Assembly (NCBI GenBank): GCA_045633245.1
Contig: JAZQYA010000001.1
Location: 3,017-67,016, forward strand
Source of the DNA: Candidatus Onthoplasma sp.
GTDB taxonomy: Bacteria > Bacillota > Clostridia > Christensenellales > UBA1242
DNA length: 64,000 nt
Direction of reading: 5' to 3'
The notes under the pieces were generated by a model. It was given only the letters and a program-made list of their open reading frames with translations. It did not search any database and had not been told where the DNA came from. How positions within the stretch are numbered: position 1 is the stretch's first letter; each line of letters begins with the position of its first letter. The position numbers and the translations under genes were made by a program. This document shows positions 28,951-38,693 of this stretch, one piece after another.

Positions 28951-29859
28951 ATGAAAAAAGGAATTAAAAATTTAGCAATTGCCACAATGATTGGGGTTGC
29001 TTCAATGGGTTTGATGACAGGATGTGAAAAAGAAGAAGACAAACCATATATTCAAGTGAAAGGGCTAGACACCGCTTACATACAAAACGGAGAAATCAAT
29101 CTTGAAGGGGCAAAGATTTTATATTATAGCAATAAAAAAGATACAACTGCTGATGAAATTAGGCTTCAAGAAAGTATGATTGCAAATTTTTCAACAGAAG
29201 AAACTGGAAATAAAGTTATGAAGGTTTTATGGAATGGTTTTGAATTGGAAGTGCAATATTCGGTTGTGTCTGTGGATGAAGTTATTAGTTTGTATAATGA
29301 TGCACGTGAAACTCTTCTTAACGCTGAAAAAGTTCATGGTGATATGGTTTATACAAACAGTTTGAGAACATATCAGCAGTCATCAAATGTGTCAAACAAT
29401 AAGTATTATGGTTATGCAAGAGAAAACAATCAACTAATGTATGAAAAATGGTGTGAAAAAGATGGAGATGTTTGGTATTTATATGAATCAGATTATGAAT
29501 CAGACGAAGATATTAGAGACGAGTTGATAGGTGTTGAGAATGATAATGTGATGGAATGGGCAATGTCTGCCTTTATTGGACAAACTGGAGAATTTACTTC
29601 TGAAAATTTATCAAACTTTAATGTTGATGTGGAGTATGATGGTGAAAAAACAACATTAATTTTAAAATCAAAAGGTGAAGAGGATCATAGTCTAACATAT
29701 ACAATTGAAAATGGAAAATTTGTTTATGTTGAAATGATCGAGCGTGACTCAGAAGGTGAAATTAAATCACTTGTTACATCAACAATTTCATACAACGCTG
29801 AAGATGTTGAAATGATTGATTTGCCAACTGATGTTGAATGGACTGATGGAAACTTATAA
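28951..29859 (+). CDS. Lipoprotein, function unknown
   Basis: Signal peptide plus lipobox (LMTGC). GGGAGG lies 7 nt upstream of ATG 28951; the ORF track starts at 28945. Confidence 0.7.
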   Translation: MKKGIKNLAIATMIGVASMGLMTGCEKEEDKPYIQVKGLDTAYIQNGEINLEGAKILYYSNKKDTTADEIRLQESMIANFSTEETGNKVMKVLWNGFELEVQYSVVSVDEVISLYNDARETLLNAEKVHGDMVYTNSLRTYQQSSNVSNNKYYGYARENNQLMYEKWCEKDGDVWYLYESDYESDEDIRDELIGVENDNVMEWAMSAFIGQTGEFTSENLSNFNVDVEYDGEKTTLILKSKGEEDHSLTYTIENGKFVYVEMIERDSEGEIKSLVTSTISYNAEDVEMIDLPTDVEWTDGNL

Positions 29860-29868
29860 TGTAAAAAA

Positions 29869-29892
29869 ACGAAGATGTATCTTCGTTTTTTG
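29869..29892 (+). terminator. Rho-independent terminator
   Basis: ACGAAGAT / ATCTTCGT inverted repeat followed by a T-run. Confidence 0.7.
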
Positions 29893-30003
29893 TTTTAATA
29901 TGAATTAATTTTTATAATTCTATTAAAACTTTAGTTGTTGATTAAATTTAAATTGAAAATAAATTTACTTGTTTTTTTAATTTTTTTAGGTTATCATAAT
30001 TGT

Positions 30004-31971
30004 ATGAAATTAAGGAATTTTTTAATTTTAATATTGGTGGGTGTTTTTATGGTTAATTTTGCAACAGGGTGCAAGGCTGAAAGGAAAACAATTGTGTATG
30101 AATCAGGTTCTGCATTATCAATTATATATTCTGATGATACTTATTTTGAAGTAATTAAAAGTTTTTCACAAAAATTAAATCAAATCAGAGGTGGTACTTC
30201 AAAAATTGTAAAAGACGACATAAAGCAATCAAAATTCGAAATTGTTGTCGGGGTTACTAATCGTGAAGTTTCTAAAAAAGCCCATGAAAAACTTAACGAA
30301 TTCAAAAAAGAAAGTAATGAATATTTAAGTTATGTTCTTTATTGTGGAACAAATTGTCTTGCTATTGCTTATGATCAAAGCACTGTTGGAACTGATATAA
30401 TTTTAAATGCGGCACTTTCAAAATTTTTGAATAGTTACGCGGTGAGAGGTTCGCTTGTATTAAATGAGGGATTTTTAGAAAGTGGTACAATTAATATCGT
30501 TGAAGAGCAAAGAAAGGCGGATAACGTTGAAAGAGAAAAACAATGGCAAACACTAAATACAAGATTGACGTCGAAATATGGTGCAACTCAGGCGCAAGAA
30601 ACAATTTCAGCATTGAAAGAATTATATGCATGTTATAATACAGACGTAATATATTGGTTGGCTAATTTGTATGATGTTAATGCTGGATTTTATTACTCAA
30701 ATTCAGGAAGAGATTCAAAAGAAGTTGTGTATAGTGGTAAAACAATACAGTTCGGCTCAGATTTTGAATCTACGGATCAAATTTTTAATTTGCTTCAAGG
30801 TTTCGGTGTTTTTGAAGAATTTTCAAACAACATAAAGGATGGATTGCCAGAAGAATTTGGAAAACATATTGCCTTGTGGGTTAAAAGTTTGCAATCACCA
30901 AATGGTTACTTCTATCATCCTCAATGGGAAGCATATTATATTAGAGAGAATGGTGTAATTGTTAATGATAGTTTGCCAGCAACAAGAAGATCAAGAGATT
31001 TAAGTAGGGCAATAAATCTTCTTGATACTTTTGGATATTTGCCAACATACGACACGCCGAATGGTAGGAAGGGTGATGGAGTTATCGTTAATTTATCAAG
31101 TGAAAATTATTTAAATAAATCAACTCAAATTCAATTACTTTCTGAAGAAGAAAATGTGTCTAATGATATAAATGATAACTTAACTAGCGCAGAAAGTTTA
31201 ACATTGTATTTAGATACTATAATTGGTCCTAACATTAGACAATCTAATCAAATGGCTTATTCACAAAGCAATTTCTTAAACACCCAAATAGGCATTATTA
31301 AAGGTAGAGATTTGGAACTGGATCCTACGGGGGAAACAAAACCATTAACTACGGCATTAATTAATTGGCTGAATGAATTTCAAGATCAAACTTCTGGCCT
31401 TTGGATTAATCCAGCCAATGGATTAGATTTTAATGCAATAAATGGTGCATTTAAAATAGTTTCAATCTATCAAGCAGTGCAAGCTCCGTGCCCAAATGCA
31501 GACAAAACACTTGAGTCCTGTTTAAGATTATTAAAGTTTCAAAGTGTATCAAAATTTAGTCAAGTTGTGTACTTATATAATATTTGGAATGCAATGGATC
31601 TCATTATTAAAAATGTTAATTGGTATCATCCAGCAGAGGATAGAGGTGTAGTTGCTGATATTCGTTCAAAAATAATAAGCGATTCTGTTGTGTATATTTT
31701 AAAATCTCGTGAAGTTATTAAACAATTTATGAAAGCTGATGGTTCAAGTTCATACAATATAGATTCAAGTTCTTATACTTCACAAAATGTTCAAGTTGCA
31801 ATTAAAAACACCAACGAAGGAGATGTTAATGCAACCGCAATAAATTTAAGAGGGATATTAATTTGTATGACTAGTGTTTTAGATATAACTAAAATTAATC
31901 CGTTTGGAGAAGCGGAAAGAATTCAATTTATTCTTGCACTTGAAAGACAACAACCAATTGTAAAAAAATAA
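30004..31971 (+). CDS. Lipoprotein with terpene-cyclase/prenyltransferase-like QW-type repeats (putative alpha/alpha-toroid fold)
   Basis: The start MKLRNFLILILVGVFMVNFATGC carries a lipobox. WLNEFQDQTSGLW fits the QW pattern [FYW][LIV]x3Qx2-5GxW, and WVKSLQSPNGYF is a near match. The fold assignment is tentative. Confidence 0.6.
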   Translation: MKLRNFLILILVGVFMVNFATGCKAERKTIVYESGSALSIIYSDDTYFEVIKSFSQKLNQIRGGTSKIVKDDIKQSKFEIVVGVTNREVSKKAHEKLNEFKKESNEYLSYVLYCGTNCLAIAYDQSTVGTDIILNAALSKFLNSYAVRGSLVLNEGFLESGTINIVEEQRKADNVEREKQWQTLNTRLTSKYGATQAQETISALKELYACYNTDVIYWLANLYDVNAGFYYSNSGRDSKEVVYSGKTIQFGSDFESTDQIFNLLQGFGVFEEFSNNIKDGLPEEFGKHIALWVKSLQSPNGYFYHPQWEAYYIRENGVIVNDSLPATRRSRDLSRAINLLDTFGYLPTYDTPNGRKGDGVIVNLSSENYLNKSTQIQLLSEEENVSNDINDNLTSAESLTLYLDTIIGPNIRQSNQMAYSQSNFLNTQIGIIKGRDLELDPTGETKPLTTALINWLNEFQDQTSGLWINPANGLDFNAINGAFKIVSIYQAVQAPCPNADKTLESCLRLLKFQSVSKFSQVVYLYNIWNAMDLIIKNVNWYHPAEDRGVVADIRSKIISDSVVYILKSREVIKQFMKADGSSSYNIDSSSYTSQNVQVAIKNTNEGDVNATAINLRGILICMTSVLDITKINPFGEAERIQFILALERQQPIVKK

Positions 31972-31981
31972 TTAAAAAAAT

Positions 31982-32010
31982 AAAAAAATCCACAGTTTTG
32001 TGGTTTTTTT
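31982..32010 (+). terminator. Terminator; degenerate copy of the 28617 hairpin
   Basis: AAAAAAATCCACAGTTTTGTGGTTTTTTTTT, with a 5-bp core stem CCACA / TGTGG and a T-run. Confidence 0.5.
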
Positions 32011-32083
32011 TTATAATATTAAGTTTTTTCTATCCATTTAATATGAATTTTTATTATTTATTAATTTATTTTTATTTATTTAA

Positions 32084-32893
32084 CTATTTATTATTAATTT
32101 TCAAATATTCATCATAAATATCATCATAAGCATGAATTTTATAGATATTTTTAACTTGCTCTATATTCCAAGGCTTTATGTTTATAGTGCTGAAAAAGGG
32201 AAACCATTTAATGCGTTTTGAAAAATGTTGAACAATTGTGTTTTGTTTAAGTTTTCCTTGTTCATTAAATTTTCTTGGTAAATATAACTTATGTTTACAA
32301 AATTTGTTAAGTGCACTTTGATCTGGGAAAGCCATCTTTTTTCTTGAACACATATTTCTAACCTTTTCTAGCAATTTTGTTTCTTTTATTTTTTTCATAT
32401 TCATTAAAAGCATTCCTGAATTAAAGTATTTAGGATGAATAAGAATGTGACCATATCTATCCAGAACAATGCCCAACTCATAATTTGAAATATCTGTTTC
32501 AAAAAGTTTTTTGATGTTTCCGTTTATCATAATGTCTGTGTCAAGATATAAAATTTTATCTGGCAAAATTTCAATCTGATCGGCAAAAAGACGTAGAAAG
32601 GCAAATGGTGTGTATGAATTGATTTTATTTGAAGAAGTGCATGCCCAATTGTTAAAATCTTGTCCCATTTTGATTAAGGTTACTTTATTGTTGGGATTTT
32701 TCTTTTTTAAAAAATTTTCCAACAATACTCTTTGACTTTCATTTATTGGTATATATTCTTTGTTTAAATTTGTTATATCTGCAGTTAAAATATAGACCAT
32801 TATTTCTTGATCACAATGTTTAATCATAGACATCATACACAAAAGGATTCCGTCAAAAACTTTATAATTTCCCCCAAACATTATATTTATCAT
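32084..32893 (-). CDS. Glycosyltransferase family 8
   Basis: The GT8 pattern includes YLDTDIMINGNI (DxD) and FNSGMLLMN. I moved the start to ATG 32893, with AGGAG 7 nt upstream. The upstream gene's stop is 1 nt away. Confidence 0.75.
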   Translation of the reverse strand: MINIMFGGNYKVFDGILLCMMSMIKHCDQEIMVYILTADITNLNKEYIPINESQRVLLENFLKKKNPNNKVTLIKMGQDFNNWACTSSNKINSYTPFAFLRLFADQIEILPDKILYLDTDIMINGNIKKLFETDISNYELGIVLDRYGHILIHPKYFNSGMLLMNMKKIKETKLLEKVRNMCSRKKMAFPDQSALNKFCKHKLYLPRKFNEQGKLKQNTIVQHFSKRIKWFPFFSTINIKPWNIEQVKNIYKIHAYDDIYDEYLKINNK

Positions 32894-32894
32894 A

Positions 32895-33668
32895 TTATTT
32901 CTCCTTTTGAATATACTCGACGTATTCATAATTGCTTAACTTTGCTCGTTCACATAATTTAACAAAAACCAAATCACGAAGTTTCTGTTGAGCAAGTTTA
33001 GTATCAACCAAATTGTCGGGATAAAAGGGACCGTCAACAAAAATTTCAATTTTAGGCTTTTTGGAATTCTTTTTTAACTTATAGACGGTCGTGAAGGTGT
33101 AAACAGGCTTGTTGTATTTCACTGGATATCTAAAAGCAGAACTTGAAAAATTTCTTATTTTTGTGTAATACGGCCACAAGTGTGCTTCCGGATAAATAAT
33201 TATTGGATTGTTTTTATTTAAAATCTGTTCAATAGCATTATAGAAATTTTTGGTTGCCTTTATGTCATCTGGAAGAGGAATTGCTCCCCACATTTTTGTT
33301 AGTTTTCCAATAATAGGAATCGATATATTAACCGAATTCACGATTAAATGTGCTTTTTTAGGGAAGCATAGTAGTCCTGGGCAAAAACCATCACAAAATT
33401 GATTGGTGTGATTTGCATAAATAAAATACCCATTTTTATTATGTTTCTTTAAAACTTTTCTGTTATGGAATTTAACGTTTTTAAGAATTTTAAAAACCAT
33501 AAACGCGTATGGAGTTGCAATAAAACGATAAGTAAACCACGACCAAAGTTTATAAAAAGGATTGTTATTAATATATTTATAGTTTTCATCAATTGAAATT
33601 GATTTTTCCTTAAATGAAACAACTTCATCATTTTCGGTTTTATAATAAACAGTTTCACCATGCTTCAT
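32895..33668 (-). CDS. Lysophospholipid/1-acyl-glycerol-3-phosphate acyltransferase-like protein
   Basis: 257 aa with ANHTNQFCDG (an HxnD-type acyltransferase motif with atypical spacing) and IIYPEAHLWP (resembling the PEG block). Confidence 0.55.
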   Translation of the reverse strand: MKHGETVYYKTENDEVVSFKEKSISIDENYKYINNNPFYKLWSWFTYRFIATPYAFMVFKILKNVKFHNRKVLKKHNKNGYFIYANHTNQFCDGFCPGLLCFPKKAHLIVNSVNISIPIIGKLTKMWGAIPLPDDIKATKNFYNAIEQILNKNNPIIIYPEAHLWPYYTKIRNFSSSAFRYPVKYNKPVYTFTTVYKLKKNSKKPKIEIFVDGPFYPDNLVDTKLAQQKLRDLVFVKLCERAKLSNYEYVEYIQKEK

Positions 33669-33811
33669 GGGTTTATTTTCCCCATTGATATCATTTCAAT
33701 GCATTTATTGTTGCAAATATATTACTTCTTGAATAAAAAAAGACTATTTTTTAACAAAAAATGAAAGATTTAATTAACGCCCAACTTTTTTAAAAAAATA
33801 ATTAAATTTAT

Positions 33812-33840
33812 TTGATTATTTGTAATAAAATTAATATAAT
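33812..33840 (+). promoter_or_regulatory. Sigma-70-type promoter
   Basis: TTGATT (33812-33817), a 17-nt spacer, then TATAAT (33835-33840). Confidence 0.55.
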
Positions 33841-33871
33841 GTTTATATCTTATAAAAAGGAGAGGGATAAA

Positions 33872-34102
33872 ATGAAAGGAATGGTTAAATGGTTTGAAAG
33901 TGCTCCAGTTTGGCTTAAAGTTATTTTTGCTTTGCCAGGTTTGGACATAATTTGGGCAATTTTCCGTGTTGTGAAAGGTGCCGTTAAAAAGAACTTTGGT
34001 TTGGTGCTCATTGGAATTCTTTGGATTATTTTGGGCTGGGCTATTCTTTGGGTAATTGACATTGTTTCAATACTTATCAAGAAACATCCTGTTTTGGCTT
34101 AA
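33872..34102 (+). CDS. Small membrane protein (76 aa), unknown function
   Basis: AGGAGAGGG RBS upstream of ATG 33872. Two predicted TM helices. Confidence 0.6.
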   Translation: MKGMVKWFESAPVWLKVIFALPGLDIIWAIFRVVKGAVKKNFGLVLIGILWIILGWAILWVIDIVSILIKKHPVLA

Positions 34103-34112
34103 AAGTTAGTCG

Positions 34113-34148
34113 AAAAAAAGAACTGATATTGAGTCAGTTCTTTTTTTT
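34113..34148. terminator. Bidirectional terminator
   Basis: AGAACTGA (34119-34126) pairs with TCAGTTCT (34134-34141), flanked by an A-run and a T-run. Confidence 0.7.
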
Positions 34149-34151
34149 CAT

Positions 34152-35978
34152 TTATTTTTGTTTTTTGTTTTTTTGTTTTTCGCTAATTGGTTTCCAAAAT
34201 GCTTCAATCAATCTAGATTCTCTAAAATATGAAATGTTTGGACAAACGCTTCTGTGAATTATTATGCCACGTCCCGCAGAGATAAATCCAACAATTTCAT
34301 CACCATACATAGGGTGGCAGCAATTTGCAAATTTAATTAAAATATTATTTAACCCCTTCAAATCCACTTGTTTGTCTGTTGGTTGTGCTAGAGCAATGGT
34401 TGTGTTCCTAACAGGATTTTCAATAGTTGCTTTAATCTGTTTTTGATAGAGTGAAGCAAGTTTGTTTGCAATTGCTTTCGCAGGAATTGCACTTGTTCCA
34501 ATGTTAGCATAGAGCTCTTCAATTTCTGAGTAGTTGTAATGTTTAAGAATTTCATTCATGCCATTTTGAGTTAATTTGCTAACCGAATAACCTTGTTCCT
34601 TAATTGCTGTTTCCAACATTGTTTTTCCAAGTTTGATGGTTTCTTCTTTCATGTTCTTCTTGAAAAAAGCATTTATTTTACTTCTAGCATCGCTTGTTTT
34701 ACAGATTTTCAACCAATCTCTTGATGGGCCTTTTGAATTGGCATTTGTTATGATTTCAACAATATCACCATTGTGAAGCTCAGAATAGGTTGGGGTCATT
34801 TTTCCGTTAACTTTTGCTCCAACACATTTATTTCCAACTTCGCTGTGAATTGAATAAGCAAAGTCAATTGGGGTTGAGCCTGACGGTAAATACACAACTT
34901 TTCCTTTGGGAGTTTGAACAAAGATTTCATTGTTGTAAATATCTTCTCCTAAAGATGAAGATAATTCGTCAATTGAAACGTTTTCATTTTCCATCATTTG
35001 CCTTAACCAAGCAAGTTGAATGTCTAATGTGTCCTGCTTTTTCTTTTTTTCTTTATATAACCAGTGAGCTGCAATACCATATTCTGCATATTGGTGCATT
35101 TCTTCTGTTCTTATTTGTATTTCAACAGGAAAATCTTCAAACAGTACAGTTGTGTGTAAGGATTGATAACCGTTTGGTTTTGGTGTTGCAATATAATCTT
35201 TAAATCTATTTTTTAATGGTTCAACTAAAGAATGAAGTCTTCCAAGAAGAGCGTAACAGTCTGAAACAGTTTGAACCAAAGCACGCACAGCGATAAGATC
35301 ATAAATTTTATCTAGCGAATGGTCTTGAATTTTTTTATAAATGCTATAGATATGTTTTTTTCGGCCGTAAACTCTTCCTTTTATGTTTAGATCTGCCATG
35401 CAGCGTTTAACCAAATTTGTGAGACGTTCAACAATTGGTTGTCTTTTATTAAAACGACTATCAACATTTTCTTGTATTTCATTATAAAGTTTAGGATTGC
35501 TCAACAGAAAAGCGCCATTTTCAAGTTCAGTCTTGTAAGTTGACAAACCAAGACGTGCAGCAAGCGGTGCAAACAGAGAAAAAATTGAAGATGAAAGGAG
35601 CTGTTTTTCTTCTTCTGACTTATCGTTAACGTGACGCAGATCCACAACAACAAAAGCAATTTTGAGCATTATTAATCTGATATCTTTAGTTATTGCAAAA
35701 AACATTTTTCTAATATTTTCTGCTTCAACATCTTGTTGCGAATAATTAATTTTATCAAGTTTATCTAAGGTGATAATGGTGTTGTAAATTTTTTCGTCAT
35801 AATCTTTTTTAATTTCATCCAATGTGATTAATTTGTTTTGAAGCAAACAATAAATAACTCCTTCAAGTTTTTTATCATCACCTAATTTCATATTATCTAG
35901 AACTTCAACAAACTCGCTAACTTTTGCTAACTCAGTTTCATTGAATAATTTTAAAACATTGCTAATTTTCTTTTTCAT
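34152..35978 (-). CDS. RelA/SpoT homolog: (p)ppGpp synthetase with a degenerate hydrolase domain, a TGS domain and a zinc-finger domain, but no ACT/RRM domain
   Basis: Synthetase motifs are RKKHIYSIYKK, GYQSLHTTV and VEIQIRTEEMHQYAEYGIAAHW. The TGS region is IFVQTPKGKVVYLPSGSTPIDFAYSIH, and CCHPMYGDEIVGF...HRSVCPN is present. See the finding for the missing motifs. Confidence 0.85.
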   Translation of the reverse strand: MKKKISNVLKLFNETELAKVSEFVEVLDNMKLGDDKKLEGVIYCLLQNKLITLDEIKKDYDEKIYNTIITLDKLDKINYSQQDVEAENIRKMFFAITKDIRLIMLKIAFVVVDLRHVNDKSEEEKQLLSSSIFSLFAPLAARLGLSTYKTELENGAFLLSNPKLYNEIQENVDSRFNKRQPIVERLTNLVKRCMADLNIKGRVYGRKKHIYSIYKKIQDHSLDKIYDLIAVRALVQTVSDCYALLGRLHSLVEPLKNRFKDYIATPKPNGYQSLHTTVLFEDFPVEIQIRTEEMHQYAEYGIAAHWLYKEKKKKQDTLDIQLAWLRQMMENENVSIDELSSSLGEDIYNNEIFVQTPKGKVVYLPSGSTPIDFAYSIHSEVGNKCVGAKVNGKMTPTYSELHNGDIVEIITNANSKGPSRDWLKICKTSDARSKINAFFKKNMKEETIKLGKTMLETAIKEQGYSVSKLTQNGMNEILKHYNYSEIEELYANIGTSAIPAKAIANKLASLYQKQIKATIENPVRNTTIALAQPTDKQVDLKGLNNILIKFANCCHPMYGDEIVGFISAGRGIIIHRSVCPNISYFRESRLIEAFWKPISEKQKNKKQK

Positions 35979-36095
35979 ATATTATTATATTATCATAACT
36001 TTATTTTTTTTTCAATTTAATATGCAATGTTTTTGAAACTGAACGTTTGAAGTTGGTTTGTTCTAATTTTAAATTTTCTCAAATAAAATATTTAT

Positions 36096-38693
36096 ATGCA
36101 TGATTTATCTGTTAGAGAATGTTTGGACAAATTAAATTCAAACATAAATGGGCTTTCTCAAGTTGAAGTAAACAAGAGATTAAAAGAGTTTGGGAAAAAC
36201 GAAATTGAAAAAACAAAGAAGATGTCTTTTTTGAAATGTTTTTTTAATCAATTTTTAAACATAATGGTTATTATTTTACTAATTTCCGCAGGTGTTTCAA
36301 TCTCTATTGCATTGATAAACAAACAATATTCTGAATTGTTGGAAGGTTTTGTCATTTTGTTTATTGTCATAATAAATGCGCTCATAGGAGTTTTTCAAGA
36401 ATTCAAGTCACAAGCTTGTTTAGATGAATTGCAAAAGTATAACAAAATAAATGTGAAGGTGCTACGTAATGGTGCAGTTATGAATGTTGATAGCACCGAA
36501 CTTGTTTGTGGAGACATTGTGGAAATGGAAGCGGGCAATATGGTTGTTGCAGATATTAGATTAGTAAAATGCAATAACTTTGCTTGTGACGAAAGTCAAC
36601 TTACAGGAGAGAGTGTTCCTGTTGAAAAAAACGCCGAGACAACCTTAAGAAAAAATACACCACTTGCAGAAAGAACAAACATGGCGTATTCTGGAAGCAT
36701 GGTTACAATGGGTAAGGCAATGGGTGTTGTTGTGTCGACCGGAAAAAACACAGAAATGGGCAAAATTGCAAAAATTTTATTTTCAACAAAAAAAGAAACA
36801 ACACCGCTTCAAAAATCGATTAATAAGATTGGTAAAATAATAACGTGGACAGTTGTTGCTGTGTCAATCATGATATTGTTAATCGAATTGATTTGTGGAA
36901 ATTCTGTTGTTGAAGCAATGATGACGGCGGTTGCATTGGCTGTTGCGGCTATTCCTGAAAGTTTGCCTGCTGTAATAACAATCATAATGGCGTTGGGTGT
37001 TCAACAACTTGCTAAAAGGAGATGTATTATTAAACATCTTCACGCAGTTGAAACGCTCGGAAGTTGTGAAATTGTTTGCACAGACAAAACAGGAACTTTA
37101 ACTCAAAACAAAATGGAAGTTGTTGAAGTTTTTTCGGGTTGTGATAATTTAAATGAAGATTATGAATTACGTAATTGTTTGTATTTTTGCAACAATGCAA
37201 AAATGGAAAACAACAAAGTGGTTGGTGAACCAACAGAAAAAGCCTTGTTTGAATACGTTTTAAAACAATATGATTATCACAATTTACCGCACAAAAAATT
37301 CTTACTTGAAATACCGTTTAATAGCGATAGAAAAATGATGACTGTGTTGGTGAACGATTCATGTTTGCAAAGCTACACAAAAGGCGCACCAGAAATTTTA
37401 ATAAAAAAGTGTAAATATATTAAAATAAATGACGAAATTGTGCCATTTTCCAAAGAATTAAGAGAAAAAATTCAAAAAATAAGTAATCAAATGACAGATA
37501 AAGCTTATCGAGTTATAGGATTTTGTTGTAAAAAATTAGATGAATATAACCCAAATGAAGAAATGGAAAATGATATGATTTTTTTAGGGTTGGTTGGTCT
37601 CATGGACAAACCAAGAGAAGAAGTAAAAGCAAGCATTGATAAATGTTTAAGCGCAGGGTTAACTCCAATTATGATCACAGGAGATCATAAGAGAACAGCG
37701 TTTGCAATTGCTCAACAACTAAATATTGCTAAAAATTTAAATCAGGTTATTACAGGTGAAGAGTTGGACAAGTTGAGCGACAAAGAGTTAAAAAAGGTTT
37801 GTCACAAATTAAGGGTTTATGCCCGTGTTACACCTGAGCATAAAGTTAGAATTGTTAAAGCTTATAAAAGTTTAAATAAGATTGTTGCCATGACCGGAGA
37901 TGGTGTTAATGACGCACCAAGTTTAAAAATTGCTGACATAGGCGTTGGAATGGGGAAAAGCGGAACAGACGTGGTTAAAAATGTTGCAGATATGGTTGTG
38001 ACAGACGACAATTTTTCTTCTATTGTTATTGCAATCGAAGAAGGAAGAAAAGTTTACTCCAACATTCAAAAAGCGTTACAATTTTTGATATCCACAAATT
38101 GCGTGGAAGTTTTTGGAATGTTGATTGCATTATTCTTTTTCCCACAATATACGTTCTTGTTGCCAGCGCAAATGTTATTTATCAATTTGGTAACCGATAG
38201 TCTTCCAGCGTTTGCGTTGGGAATGGAAAAGGTTGAAAAAGAAGTTATGGATTCTCCGCCAAGAAATCCCAAAGCAGGATTGTTTAGCGGTAAGGTGGGG
38301 GTTGCAATAATATATCAATCTATTTTGCAAACGGTGATTGCTTTGGTTGGGTTTATTGTTGGTGTGTATTGTTATTCGCCTGAAGTTGCTAGCACAATGG
38401 TTTTCTTTACAATAATTTTCATGCAATTGTTGCATAGCATAAACTGTAAAACAAATAATAGCATTTTCGAAAAAAATTTGTTTGATAATAAAACATTTAA
38501 TATTTGCTTTTTTATTACTTTAATTTTAAATCTCACTGTTGCGTGTGTTCCGTTCATGTATACCCTGTTTGGTTTGGAATCTTTAAACTTCTCTCAATGG
38601 GTTATTGTGATCATTTTATCCGTGTTAATTATTCCTGCATGCGAACTTGTTAAAGCAATATTAATTAAAGAAAAAAATATTAAAAAAATATAA
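36096..38693 (+). CDS. P-type ATPase, Ca2+/cation-transporting (type IIA-like)
   Basis: 865 aa with CTDKTGTLTQNKM, IPESLP, MITGDHKRTA and MTGDGVNDAPSLK. Confidence 0.9.
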   Translation: MHDLSVRECLDKLNSNINGLSQVEVNKRLKEFGKNEIEKTKKMSFLKCFFNQFLNIMVIILLISAGVSISIALINKQYSELLEGFVILFIVIINALIGVFQEFKSQACLDELQKYNKINVKVLRNGAVMNVDSTELVCGDIVEMEAGNMVVADIRLVKCNNFACDESQLTGESVPVEKNAETTLRKNTPLAERTNMAYSGSMVTMGKAMGVVVSTGKNTEMGKIAKILFSTKKETTPLQKSINKIGKIITWTVVAVSIMILLIELICGNSVVEAMMTAVALAVAAIPESLPAVITIIMALGVQQLAKRRCIIKHLHAVETLGSCEIVCTDKTGTLTQNKMEVVEVFSGCDNLNEDYELRNCLYFCNNAKMENNKVVGEPTEKALFEYVLKQYDYHNLPHKKFLLEIPFNSDRKMMTVLVNDSCLQSYTKGAPEILIKKCKYIKINDEIVPFSKELREKIQKISNQMTDKAYRVIGFCCKKLDEYNPNEEMENDMIFLGLVGLMDKPREEVKASIDKCLSAGLTPIMITGDHKRTAFAIAQQLNIAKNLNQVITGEELDKLSDKELKKVCHKLRVYARVTPEHKVRIVKAYKSLNKIVAMTGDGVNDAPSLKIADIGVGMGKSGTDVVKNVADMVVTDDNFSSIVIAIEEGRKVYSNIQKALQFLISTNCVEVFGMLIALFFFPQYTFLLPAQMLFINLVTDSLPAFALGMEKVEKEVMDSPPRNPKAGLFSGKVGVAIIYQSILQTVIALVGFIVGVYCYSPEVASTMVFFTIIFMQLLHSINCKTNNSIFEKNLFDNKTFNICFFITLILNLTVACVPFMYTLFGLESLNFSQWVIVIILSVLIIPACELVKAILIKEKNIKKI

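Noticed and set aside
29935-30003. N-terminal 23-codon extension of the 678-aa ORF in the ORF track
   Set aside because: The extension precedes a canonical signal peptide and lipobox that begins at the internal ATG at 30004, and it overlaps the upstream terminator region.
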